64,000 nucleotides of DNA, taken from the NCBI GenBank assembly GCA_052327205.1, contig CM126210.1, positions 57,350,001 through 57,414,000 on the forward strand, read 5' to 3'. The notes under the pieces are model-generated. The model searched no databases. It was not told the DNA's origin and saw only the letters and a program-made list of their open reading frames with translations. Source of the DNA: Somniosus microcephalus (taxonomy: Eukaryota). The stretch's first letter is position 1; each line of letters begins with the position of its first letter. Below, piece after piece: positions 49,283 through 59,867 of the stretch. The translations under genes were made by a program, and so were the position numbers.

Positions 49283-49667
49283 TAGGGTTGCCAACTCTAG
49301 TTGGATGTAATCCAGGTGGTTTCATCACATGACCTCCTGCTTCCAATTGCCCTGCCCCCACACTCTCGCGATTGATTGCTCAACACGCCCATCCGCGCAG
49401 CGCACCGCCTTCACACACCAATTGGAAAGCAAACAGACTCTTCCTTACCCAATATGATGATTTATGACTGTCAGTCAAAGCCTTTTTTTCCCCATCTCCC
49501 AATATTTTTATAACTAATAAATGAAAGCGTTCAAAAAATGAAGAAAAACCGCACACTTTTTTATTGCCCCTATGATTTTTCTCCCAGGATTGCTAGCAGC
49601 AGTGTTCAGGAGATTAATCTTTAATTCCTGGAGACTCCAGGATGATCCTGGAGGGTTGGCAAAGCTA
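49283..49667. mobile_element. hAT (Blackjack-like) MITE nested in a Harbinger-type MITE remnant (~49170-49694)
   Basis: TIR TAGGGTTGCCAAC / GTTGGCAAAGCTA; subterminal ctggagactccagg; no clean 8-bp TSD seen. Confidence 0.65.
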
Positions 49668-50339
49668 CCGGATGGGTTAGGTTAAAATTACCCCAGCGCA
49701 ATCAATTGACAGTAATTATCTAAAAGAATGATTGGAGCGCTGCTCGTTTACTGGGGTTTGATGGAAAAGCTGCAGTTCTGTGAACTGCTTCAATATTTAA
49801 ACACCTTCGGCATTACCAAAGACTCAGTAACCATCAAGTATTCTGAAGCACAAATAAATAAAATCACTTTGCTTCTTACCTTGTCAAGAATCCCTACTGG
49901 TCACTTGACCATATGACCCAAGATAAAGCACAAAATTAAATTTGTTTCGCTTGTCACTTTTACTCTAGTTGAGGGAACTTTTGTGTATTTTTTTAGTTAT
50001 TTCTTTTTCGGGATTGGGTACTGCACTCCGACCTTTCATCTTTGGAGGTGTGCCTTTGATTCCAGCTTTGTTTAATGGCACAACAGTCTCTCTTCCCTGC
50101 TTGCAGTGAATGTTTTCCATAAAATAGGTTTGGCAGCCTGAATCCAGGTCTGAGTAGGCTTGTATTTCAACACAAAGCATGAAATGGGACGATATTACAC
50201 TGCTGTTGTAGGGATTGGTTTTCTGAGGTTGGGGTGATTATTACAGTCTGTATTCTTCATCTAGCCATCCTATCTTGGCCTGGAAGAGATTAATGCTGGC
50301 ACTAAGTGCCCAAAATGCAAAACATTTTCCAGCTCTTAA

Positions 50340-50388
50340 CACCCATCATCTTGACACCCACCATCTTGACACCCACCATCTTGACAAT
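50340..50388 (+). repeat. 15-bp tandem repeat x3 (ACACCCAYCATCTTG)
   Basis: Directly visible. Confidence 0.9.
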
Positions 50389-52844
50389 CACAACATTTTT
50401 TCCCTTGATATCTGAATCAATCCAGACTCAAACTTGGAAACAGCCCAGTGGATGCAGAATGAAGCAGTTGAGTTTAATTTCTCCTGCTCCTGGTGCAGAA
50501 CTTAATGTACAGGAAGCACAGTTTGAGGACATGGGTGTGGGGGTCAGTGGGCACTGTTTGTTATTTGCACTGTACTAACAGGCTGATTCCACTGTATCTC
50601 TGCTCAAACAACAAGGTAAAGTGACTGCACATGTCACAAGGATTGAAAGCAGTGTTACGCTTCCCCCCTATATCATGATTTTGATTTTTTTTTAAATGGC
50701 ACAAAAGCCACTCGGGTCCCCAAGCATATGCACATTTAAACAAAATAAATGAAAACATTAAAACAACACTACCAGCAGGGCTTCACTGATTAATACTCTT
50801 GAAATTCATTGGTCTGCCATTAATAGTTATTAGCATCTCTTCATTGCTTCCATGCAACAGAATTAATCAAAGGGATTATCCCTTGTTCAGCCTGTCTCAA
50901 ATTTGACAGTGCATGTAATTTTCAAATCATAGGTCAGGTTTAATCTTCCAGATTCACATATGGTGGTACACACACAAATGTATTTTCTTTCTGTATTTTG
51001 CATAATGATGCCAAATCCTAATCCGAAATTATGGTAGGTAACTAGTAAAATAATCTGTGTTACAATAACGCTACAAAGCAGTATTATGAATTGTGCTTGA
51101 ATTGGTTGGCCTGACTCAGGGCCAGTTGACTTCAGCATGAGGGTGCTAGAGAGGGGAAAAATCAAAAAGGTCCGATCCCCAGTCATTGAACAGCATCAGA
51201 CTCAGTTGTGATGACTTCCCATAATCAAATAGACTGCTGACACCCATTGCCTAGGATCACTTATGAAGAGCAGGCTCTTAGATGAGGCACTGGAGGGCTG
51301 GCGACATTCCTTACCCAGCACCCTCCGGAGAGAAGGGGAGAAAATTATCAAAAACATTTCAAATAGGTATTTTACTTTGTGACAAGCATGCAAGTGGTAT
51401 TTATTCCAAAAGCAATAAACTCTAGTCTCTTGGTAAGGGAGAGAAATTTCACTAGAGAAAAACAAAATATGCATTGAAAACAAAAGTAAATAATTTCTAT
51501 GAATGCATTAATTACAACCTGTCACCATATTAAGGGCTGCTCTTCCTCCATGTTCTGTGGAGTATTTATTCTCCGTAGGCTGTGCTTGATCCTTGAACAG
51601 AGCAACTCAAAAGCTATGAGCATTTAAGAGATGTGTGGTTTCCTTTGAAAGGCAGCGTTTGGCCTTAATCTGAACAGGTGAAATGCATGGAAGCCATCCA
51701 GCACTTTCAGAGCACTGCACAAGGAAGCTGCCACGGTGCCTATACCTCCTCCCTCTTCTTCCACTCTCAGCTGCTTTAACTCGATCACTTTTACTCCGCT
51801 TTGCAAGTTTGACGGGAGGTACTTTGATGTTTTCTTGTATCGCTCAGCGGTAAACAGCCAACTGGAACGATGCCCCAGCTAGAGAGTGGTTTTGTAGCAT
51901 GTGAGGGTGATGTGTTCGGACACAACACAGCAGTGCATCTACTGAAAAGAATGACTGGATGTCAAACAATGTCAAGCTAGTAATTCCCTTCTTATCCTTC
52001 TGTTTTCCTTGTTACTTGATCTCATCCTCTTTTCCCTCATATCTGTCACTTTTGGTCAGCCAGTGTTTTTGGTTTTTGTTACTAGCATGACCTAGTTTGA
52101 CTAATCCAGGACCCAGACTTGCTCAAAAAGGTTACCAGTAGAACTGGTTTTCCTGAGACCTTTTTTTATTGCATAATCAATGGTTTCTTTTAATACTTAT
52201 ATTCTTGCCCAGCAAACTTTGAACACAAGATTAAATTCCCACTGGCTCACTCATACAATGAACAATCACACCTACATTCTTTCAATACAGACAAGACAGG
52301 TATCTACACAACATTAATGTATTTTAAGCACAGTTTATTTGAAGAAATGACAGTAACACTTACATTTGACAAAAAATATGGAACAGAATCTGATGTTAGG
52401 ATAAGGGAAAACACAAATTTTCACAAAGAAAGTAAAGACTTGGATGGCCAGCACGCCTGCTTTCAAACTCTCTGAACCCTTTCAGCTAGTTCGCTTGTGT
52501 TTAAAGGAGCTACGTGCCATAATTAAAATGATTAAAACTGGTGCAGTGTGGGAGGCTTCTGAGATTGGGGCAGAGTGGTGGGACCCTGACTCTGTATCTA
52601 ATTGGGCTGTAATTGACCTAGAGTACTTAATGCTGACACTGGGTGGCAGAAATAAAAGTGCTCCATTCCTCAACACTGACATCCTTCACCTCAATCAAAT
52701 TTCAGAACAAAAAAGCTTTTAAATACCAGTAGTTCATTGTGCTGACCCTTCCTGAAATACCAGAGCCCTAACTAGGATCACTATATTGGAATCAAGATTC
52801 CAAGCAGTCTGATGTTATTTATAGACCCCTTAAAAAACAAATTC

Positions 52845-53320
52845 AGCTTCTCTGGTGGCTAAGCTGGTTAAGACAGTGAGTAGCTGAGTCATTTGAACCC
52901 AGAAGGATAGATGATTGATCCCCAGCCTCTGTTGACTTAACTGATTTGCATTGGGTTAACAGTAAACTGCAATTGGCTTTAGGATTCCTGAGTGAGAAAG
53001 GAGAAATTAGCAAGAAACCTGTTCCTGATCCCATTTGGGTAATTGGCTGGGTGTGTGTACATGTATGTGCATGTGTGCATACATGCATGTGTGTGCACGT
53101 GTGTACTTGTGTGTGCATGCTTGTGTATGTGATTGTGATTATGCGTGTGTGTGAATTGCAGGTGAGGACAGGATCAGGTTCAACTCTGATGCCCCATGGG
53201 TTGGAATGGCTGCTGACATTCATAGTCCAGGCTCTTATGATGAATGATGACTTGCGTGAGGTACTGAACAATGACTGGCACCCAGGGAACTGTACCCCAG
53301 CAAGGAGTCAATAACCCTGA
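52845..53320 (+). mobile_element. Ancient tRNA-derived SINE with an expanded internal purine-pyrimidine microsatellite (53051-53152)
   Basis: A-box tggctaagctgg; body ggtgaggacaggatcagg; same family as 48855. Confidence 0.75.
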
Positions 53321-54377
53321 ATTTCCTTGTGATCTGAGGGGTGGGATGTTAAAGTGAGTGCAAAGTCTACAGCAAGGGAGGAAATGCCAGGTTTTGCGCC
53401 CAAAAGAGCATCTTTTGCCAGTTTTCGATGGAGCCTGTGGCAGGCACAACTTCTGTTTGTCTCACAAAAGGCCCGACGTCACAAGGAGACTTGACTTTAG
53501 CTTCTCTGCTCGAATACCCGCTCCACCACACATCATGTCTGAGGATTTTTGGGCCCAATGTGTTTAGGAGAGCAGGGAGGGAGAGAAATGAGCAGAGAAA
53601 GTTGGAGTTTTTTTTAAAAACAGCATTCCAGTAATTCATTTAGTTAGCTTTGATTTCTGACACATGGCTCTTTTAAAGGGAAATCACAGCTTTGCAGAGA
53701 ATCTGCATTTCCCGTAAACTTATAACCCTAGTTAATTCATCTGCATAGTGTGTCAAAAATATTTGCCATATATATTGCATATGTATGAAGTAAAACCAGA
53801 TCTGTGAGCATAGGTCCACAGACTCAACTCTCAGGCCCTTGATGCAGAGTTAGTATCTGCTCTGAAAGAGCTTGTGTGCCGCTGTTGAAGTAAAGCTTCA
53901 GTTGGCCATTTTTTTTTACACCATTTACACATTAGATGTATATTCTGAAGGACTTCAACAGTACCTGTACCACATTTCAATCTCACTTCATTCCTGTCAA
54001 GTCACCACTGTTTTCACTAGCATCACTCAGCTGATTCGCAATGGCGACAGCCATGGCAATTCCACAGATAAATGTATTTGAAACAAGATTAATCCTGAGC
54101 ATGTGCTGGCAAATTGGTTAAAAATAAATGTGTAAATTCTCCGGTTTCTACCTGTGATACTGAGCAGGTGTGAAAAGTCAATGTCACCACTGTTTGCACA
54201 AGTACACGCTTCAAAAATAGTGCACAGGGCTCTGTGATGGCTCACTGGTTAGATGCACCATCTTGTGTGATTCTGTGTTATATAGACCAGGAAGGTCACA
54301 TGTTTTATCCTTGGTCTGTGCAATGTTAGCTTATAGACAGGGCCATAGAAGGAGTGTAATAGGTGGCCTCACCATAT

Positions 54378-54682
54378 ATCAGACAAGCAGCACCATACAT
54401 TTGCAGGAGATAACACAAAGACATACATCAGACAAACCATATCATACATGTGCAGGCGTTAACACAGATACATCAGACAAACCATATCATACATGTGCAG
54501 GTGTTAACACAGAGAGATACATCAGACAAGCCATATTATACATGTGCAGGAGATATCATAGACAGATGAATCAGACAAGCCATATCATATATCTGCACGA
54601 GATATCACAAAGACATACATCATACATGTGCAGGGGATAACACAGAGAGATGTATAAAACAAACACCAGCAGACATGTGCAG
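54378..54682 (+). repeat. Degenerate ~44-48-bp tandem repeat (about 6 copies) following a SINE head (54225-54372)
   Basis: Recurrent atcagacaa.ccatatcatacatgtgcagg..taacaca. Confidence 0.85.
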
Positions 54683-55020
54683 ATTGCCAGCTTTCCCCCA
54701 CTGTGTACTGAAACTTTAACTGACCTTTGAATCTATAACAATATACTGTAAATTTGAACAAAACATGCTCAGGATATTATGCTAAAAATGTTCAATAACA
54801 AGTGGATTTGCCATCACCATTTTCCAACTCTGGATCATTCTCACATGTGCAGAGTTATCATTCTAAGATCTAGATTAGGATAGTCTCCCTGTTACTTGTG
54901 TTTAGACACCTGGGGTACACTCCTAGTCAGCCATCTACCGCTAAGCCTATTCTGGCAGTTCCTGGCTCCCAGTCTCTATTTAACTTGTCTATGTATCTTC
55001 CTGTTTCATTGGTGGAACAG

Positions 55021-55098
55021 ATGGTTTCACTCCCTAGATAGGAAACGACCTACTAGTCCCAGGATTCACATCCAGCATGCCTCTCCAGAGGATGACAG
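55021..55098 (+). CDS. RIMS1: RIMS1 cassette exon, 78 nt, phase 2-2
   Basis: aacAG|A TGG...GAC AG|GTactt; (R)WFHSLDRKRPTSPRIHIQHASPEDD vs RIM1 SLDRRRPPSPRIQIQHASPEND. Confidence 0.93.
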
Positions 55099-55456
55099 GT
55101 ACTTACTAATTCAAAGAGTACATGAAATTTTATGTAAAACAATGTGTGCAGGCTCAATTGGAACAGTTAAGTATATTTCGTTCAATTAGTGTTTTCCAAT
55201 AGCAAATATATTTGGTATTTCTAATGTTTTCAATATGATCCATAGTTATATTGCTTCCAATTTACATTCAGATTTTAGGTCTCCCAGTCTATTTTAGTGT
55301 ATGGTACTATAAAGAGGAAATTTCACCATCAGAACCCAGTATAAAAATATCGAATGCAGATCACCTCAGCAGCATAGCAACTTAAAGGGGGAACTGAGTC
55401 CAAAAGGCATAAAAGAGCTGAATCTCTTACAGAACTGTTCTGATATATTGGGTGGG

Positions 55457-56149
55457 GGGGGTGGAATTTTAATCTTCTGACGAGCTGGGAGCGGGAAGTC
55501 TGGGTTTCCCCGCATGTTGTGGAGATTTAACTCCACAGCGTGCGTGTGATGTCAGTGAAGGTTCCCCTCCCGGAGTCAGCCTGATTGACAGGCTTGGCTT
55601 CTAGTCGGGTGGAGAATGCTGGAGAGGAGGCCGCAGCCCCAGGTAGGTCCAAGCCCTGATCCCGGGGAGGGGGTGGGGAAGTCCAATCCCCGACCCATGG
55701 GGGGTCCACCTCCGGGGGGGGTTTCGATCCCTGACCCCAGAGGGGGGGTGAAATCTGATCGCGGGGGAGAGGGTTGTATGGGAGGTGAGTGCCGATGGTG
55801 GGGGAGCTAGGGCAGGTCGGGGGGGGGGAGCACTCCCGCACCTCCGGGCCCACAAGGAGTGCTCACCGAGGCTGTCCTCACCTTGTTGCAGTTGCCGGGA
55901 TTCCCGAACCCCAAGAATCACGGCCTGCCACAGTTAAACCTGCAAAGCAGGTTAAATCCAAGGCTTCCATCCTCATTAGCATATTTGAAGTGGCAACCCG
56001 CCTCCTGGCAACAGGTTAGCTGGCTGACCCCTGTCCCGCCTCTGTTAAAAGCTGAAGTGGGCAGGTTGAGGTCGGGATTCAGATTTTTAATACTTTAGCC
56101 TCCAACTCGACCCAAAGCCGCTCGTTTTTTGGGGGTTAAAATTCACCCC
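55457..56149. mobile_element. Harbinger-type MITE
   Basis: TIR GGGTGGAATTTTAA / TTAAAATTCACCCC; internal hairpin cgcatgttgtggag..ctccacagcgtgcg. Confidence 0.8.
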
Positions 56150-57214
56150 ATGGTTTTTAATCCAAGGTTGTATGTTAATTGACCTCCTTACAGCATATGC
56201 CACAGTGACAGATTCAAGTCAGTGCCCCCAGTGATTTCATCACATGCTCTTGAAACAAAATTATTTAAAAAACACCAAGTTGGATTGACCAATCCACAAG
56301 GCAACTTGCATTGTTTATAATACAACATGACTATTTGATTTTTTAAGAGGGGTTATAGTCTCCATGACAAAATTGTGTGATGAACCCTTTTTCATTTCGT
56401 TAGACATTCCAAGATGTGATGCAAGACATAAAATCCATCTATGCATCATTTGCACGTGAATAATAAGGCACAGCTCCTGTTCATCTCCACAAAAAAAGGT
56501 TTTCTGGGCACTTTTCTGCATGGAGACTGTGGCCCATTAAAGGAGGTTGTATAGTGAGACTTGCCCTTTAATTTCAGATTCCTGTTAAAGCTGTTTTTTT
56601 TTGATTAACGTGATATGATCTTCCTAGCATCTGAATTTTTGTGGTATACAATAAACAGTTCCAATTGACACAATTCTATTCTCAAGTCAAACATGGATTA
56701 AAATGACCAAGCGGGAAAATTAATTTATTATTTGTTTCAGATGCACCTTTTTAAATCATAAAAGCTATTGTTCTGACGTACTGTACAACCATATTGAAAA
56801 TTAAATCAATTTGCAATATTTTTTCATAATTATGGAGAAAATCATTCTTGTAGGAGGTAATTGGATTAGGAGATGGGTGGTTAGCGAAGAGAGGACTGAA
56901 GTAAGATCTGGTCCATATTAAGTGCCCCAGTACTTAGAGAGGTGACACAGCTTCATTATCTGATGTTTGCATCACAACATGTTTGTCACCCAGAGGCATT
57001 TATTCCATTGTCCATTTCGCTTGTGTGTTGTTTGTCTTTCTGTAGTCCATAACTTATAGTGATGCTTCTCTTAGTTTTCTATTCTATACCAGTGTTCTTC
57101 TCTGCAAATTCTAAATATTATTGTAATTCATGCACTGGCAGAGTATTTTTTTAAAATAAGGGTTAATTTGAATACTTTTGATGATGACACGTTGTAATTT
57201 TAATTGTGCTTCTG

Positions 57215-57613
57215 CCTGTCTTGGGCAATTGGTTACCACACTGGTCTTTCACCTCTGGGACTCTTGCGTTCGAGTCCAAGACAGACTGATTGGGTGACCG
57301 ATCACATGCTCTTGGGCAGCTTTACCCAGTTCTCAGTGTGCATGGACCCACAGTACAACACTCCCCCTAAATTGGAAATCTCACTCAGAGAGGCTAAAGC
57401 ATGGCTTATCTGAAATACTGAAAATGCCACACAGTTACAGGTGTTATTCTGAGACTGGGGTTGAGGCATGTTATTGGGGCAGAGTAGAGGAAGCTTTACT
57501 GTGCATCAAACTGTGCTGTACCTAATCTGGCAGTGCGTGATGCTGCCATTGATTGGGTTGCACACATATCCCCTCATCTTAGTAAACAAAATTCACCAAT
57601 TACAAAAAAAAAA
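57215..57613 (+). mobile_element. LF-SINE-like tRNA-derived SINE
   Basis: Colinear motifs recalled from LF-SINE: ctttcacctct, gttcga.tcca (B-box), cccagttc, cagagaggc, gggttgaggca, tgctgtacct, aaattcac plus A-tail. Confidence 0.7.
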
Positions 57614-57684
57614 TCCTTAAAAAGAACATTCACAGAGAACACCAAACAAAGCCCTTGATGGGAGTCATTTTTAGTTTTATTGTT

Positions 57685-57800
57685 GGGTGAAAATTGGGTG
57701 ATAATGAATTGGCCGCCCGTCTTATAACCTGCCCGATTTTCTTTTCCATTGACTTTTCCGGAAAAGAAAATTGGAGGAGATGTAAAACGGGCAGCTGATA
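57685..57800. mobile_element. Short palindromic MITE-like relic
   Basis: gcccgt...attttcttttcc / ggaaaagaaaat...acgggc inverted arms. Confidence 0.55.
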
Positions 57801-58024
57801 ACAGTTAAAATGACCTCGATGTCCCTAAAGTACTGCGTTCCTTACTGGTTAGTAGTAGCCTCAATTCAGAGTCTCACTTTTTCTCTAGAGCTTACTTTCT
57901 TACTTTGCCAAACTCCGATCTTTCCTTCACTGCATGTGACTCTATTTTTCTCTCTCTCTTCTGTCTGGTTCCCCTCTTCCTCCCCACTTCATGTGTCTCG
58001 TTGATTGTTGTTGTGAAGAAGCAG

Positions 58025-58096
58025 GACGCTGGAGTCTGTCATTCCTAAACAGGACAGCAAAAACCATCTGAGTGCTAAACGCAAAGCAGCACAGAG
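58025..58096 (+). CDS. RIMS1: Candidate additional RIMS1 cassette exon, 72 nt, phase 2-2
   Basis: Long pyrimidine tract ~57880-57995, tandem acceptor AAG-AAG-CAG (58016-58024), AG|GTattt donor; open in the RIMS1 frame: (R)TLESVIPKQDSKNHLSAKRKAAQ(R). Peptide not recognised. Confidence 0.6.
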
Positions 58097-58583
58097 GTAT
58101 TTCAATGAGAGACTGCAGATTATAGACCAAATACAGTGGAAACAGAGCAAGAAATACATTACTGTTAAAATCTCACCTAGCAACAGATTGATGAGAGTAA
58201 AGCAATTTTGTTTTCTTCTTTATCTACAGTTTAAGTCTCAAGTGTAGGCAGGGATAATTTTGGGATCCGATAAATTACAATGCCTCAATCTTATCCTCCT
58301 AAGTATTTTTGTGATGTCTGTTACATTTGTTTTATTACATATTCCCATTACAGTGACTATCATCCTAACTGCAATATGTCATGGCTAAATGGTAGTTTAA
58401 AAAAGCTGCTGAATGGTTTAATGCTTTCATTTATGTATGATGTAGTATGGAGCTATACAGACCATGAAGGTCTCCGATTCAACCCTTGGCCTTTGCTGAG
58501 TTAGCAGTAGGACACTACGATTGTCCTCAGCTCCTCTGAGCTAGAGAGGGAAATAATCACCAGAGCTCCTGCTCCTAATTATT

Positions 58584-59325
58584 GACCCGGAATTTGCAGT
58601 GGGTAATAACAGCGAATGAACAGTGTTCACTGTTATTACCCCTTTGAAACTGACCGCAATGTCAGGATATAGCGCATGGGCATCCTAACATGGAAATCCT
58701 GAAGTTGCTGTCAGTCATTCACTGCCCCCTTCCCCCACCCCCCCCCCCCCCCCCCAGAGCTGGCAATCAGAGAAACTGAAGAAAACGTTGCCTTTTCTGC
58801 AGTAATATCGCTGTTAAATACCCCATTGAAAGTTAGACCCTTTTGGATTATGTGTAACTGGGGTTTTAACAGCGTATTGACTGCTAAACAAAGATTATGG
58901 CCCTGAAAAATTAATTTAAATTTTGTGGAGTGTCAAATTTATCCATTAAAAAAAAATTAAACATTTTTGTAAACTTTAAAAAAAAGTTTTAATTTTTTTA
59001 AGAGGTTTGTTCATCCTTATTTCCAGTTTGCCTTTACCCCATGTGAGAGCCCCAATCTTTGTTTTACTTTCTAACATTTTTAAAAAGTTAGAATCAAAGG
59101 AGCTTATTCACTTTCTGGTTCCCTGTCTGTGAGAATTCTGCGTTGTGATTGGCTGCCTAGACAGCTTGTTGATGTACAAGCTCACATTAACTTACACTGA
59201 TTTCAACTTAATGTCGGGAAAGCTGAACTTCTCGCCACAGAGATGGTGAGATCTTTGTGGGAAGCTTACTTCGGGGCCAGTAACGAATATGCCTTTGCTT
59301 CGCTGCTGACTGCAAATTACAGGCC
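58584..59325. mobile_element. Harbinger-type MITE with ATT target duplication, inserted in a SINE (58440-58583 plus 59326-59510)
   Basis: TIR GACCCGGAATTTGCAGT / ACTGCAAATTACAGGCC; ATT at 58581-83 and 59326-28; SINE body resumes across it. Confidence 0.88.
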
Positions 59326-59867
59326 ATTATCTGGTGGCCACTGTTGGAAAGTGAGCACATGTGGATATCAAGTGAGTACAGGATTGGGCTTGGCTTAGAT
59401 GCCTTTCATGAATAAATAGTCGACCAACACACACAGTTTGTCTTTCACAGGAAGGGGTACCGAAGAATCGCAGATGCCCTGGAAAGGTACTCCAGCATTC
59501 GTTAGAATAAGGAAAATTTAAAAAACCAAAACATTTCAAGCTTGACAGTGCATCTGTGACACCTCCTCGCCACAGTCTTACACCAGAGATTGAGAAACAG
59601 ATACTAAAATAACAAGAAAAAAAATACCAGATCACAGCTCATAAATTACTGTCCTAACTGGCACCTCTGAGTTGAGCAAGAAATGTTTAAAAAGCTATCA
59701 AATGTCCCTTTTAGAAAATGTGCTGCTATTTAAATATTAATGGGTCTAGAATAAGTAAAGGATTCTGTGGCAGTGGTGAATTACTGGACTTTACTTCAGT
59801 TGTGAGAAGGACTCCATAATTCAGTCACCCTGGAATAAAGGTTTTTCACAATGAAGTAAACACAGCA

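Noticed and set aside
5696-55098. Assignment to RIMS2 instead of RIMS1
   Set aside because: Linker peptides (LMLPRAKRG, LDRARSASTNCLRPDTSL, IQHASPE, WDQPRVQEEE) match RIM1 as recalled
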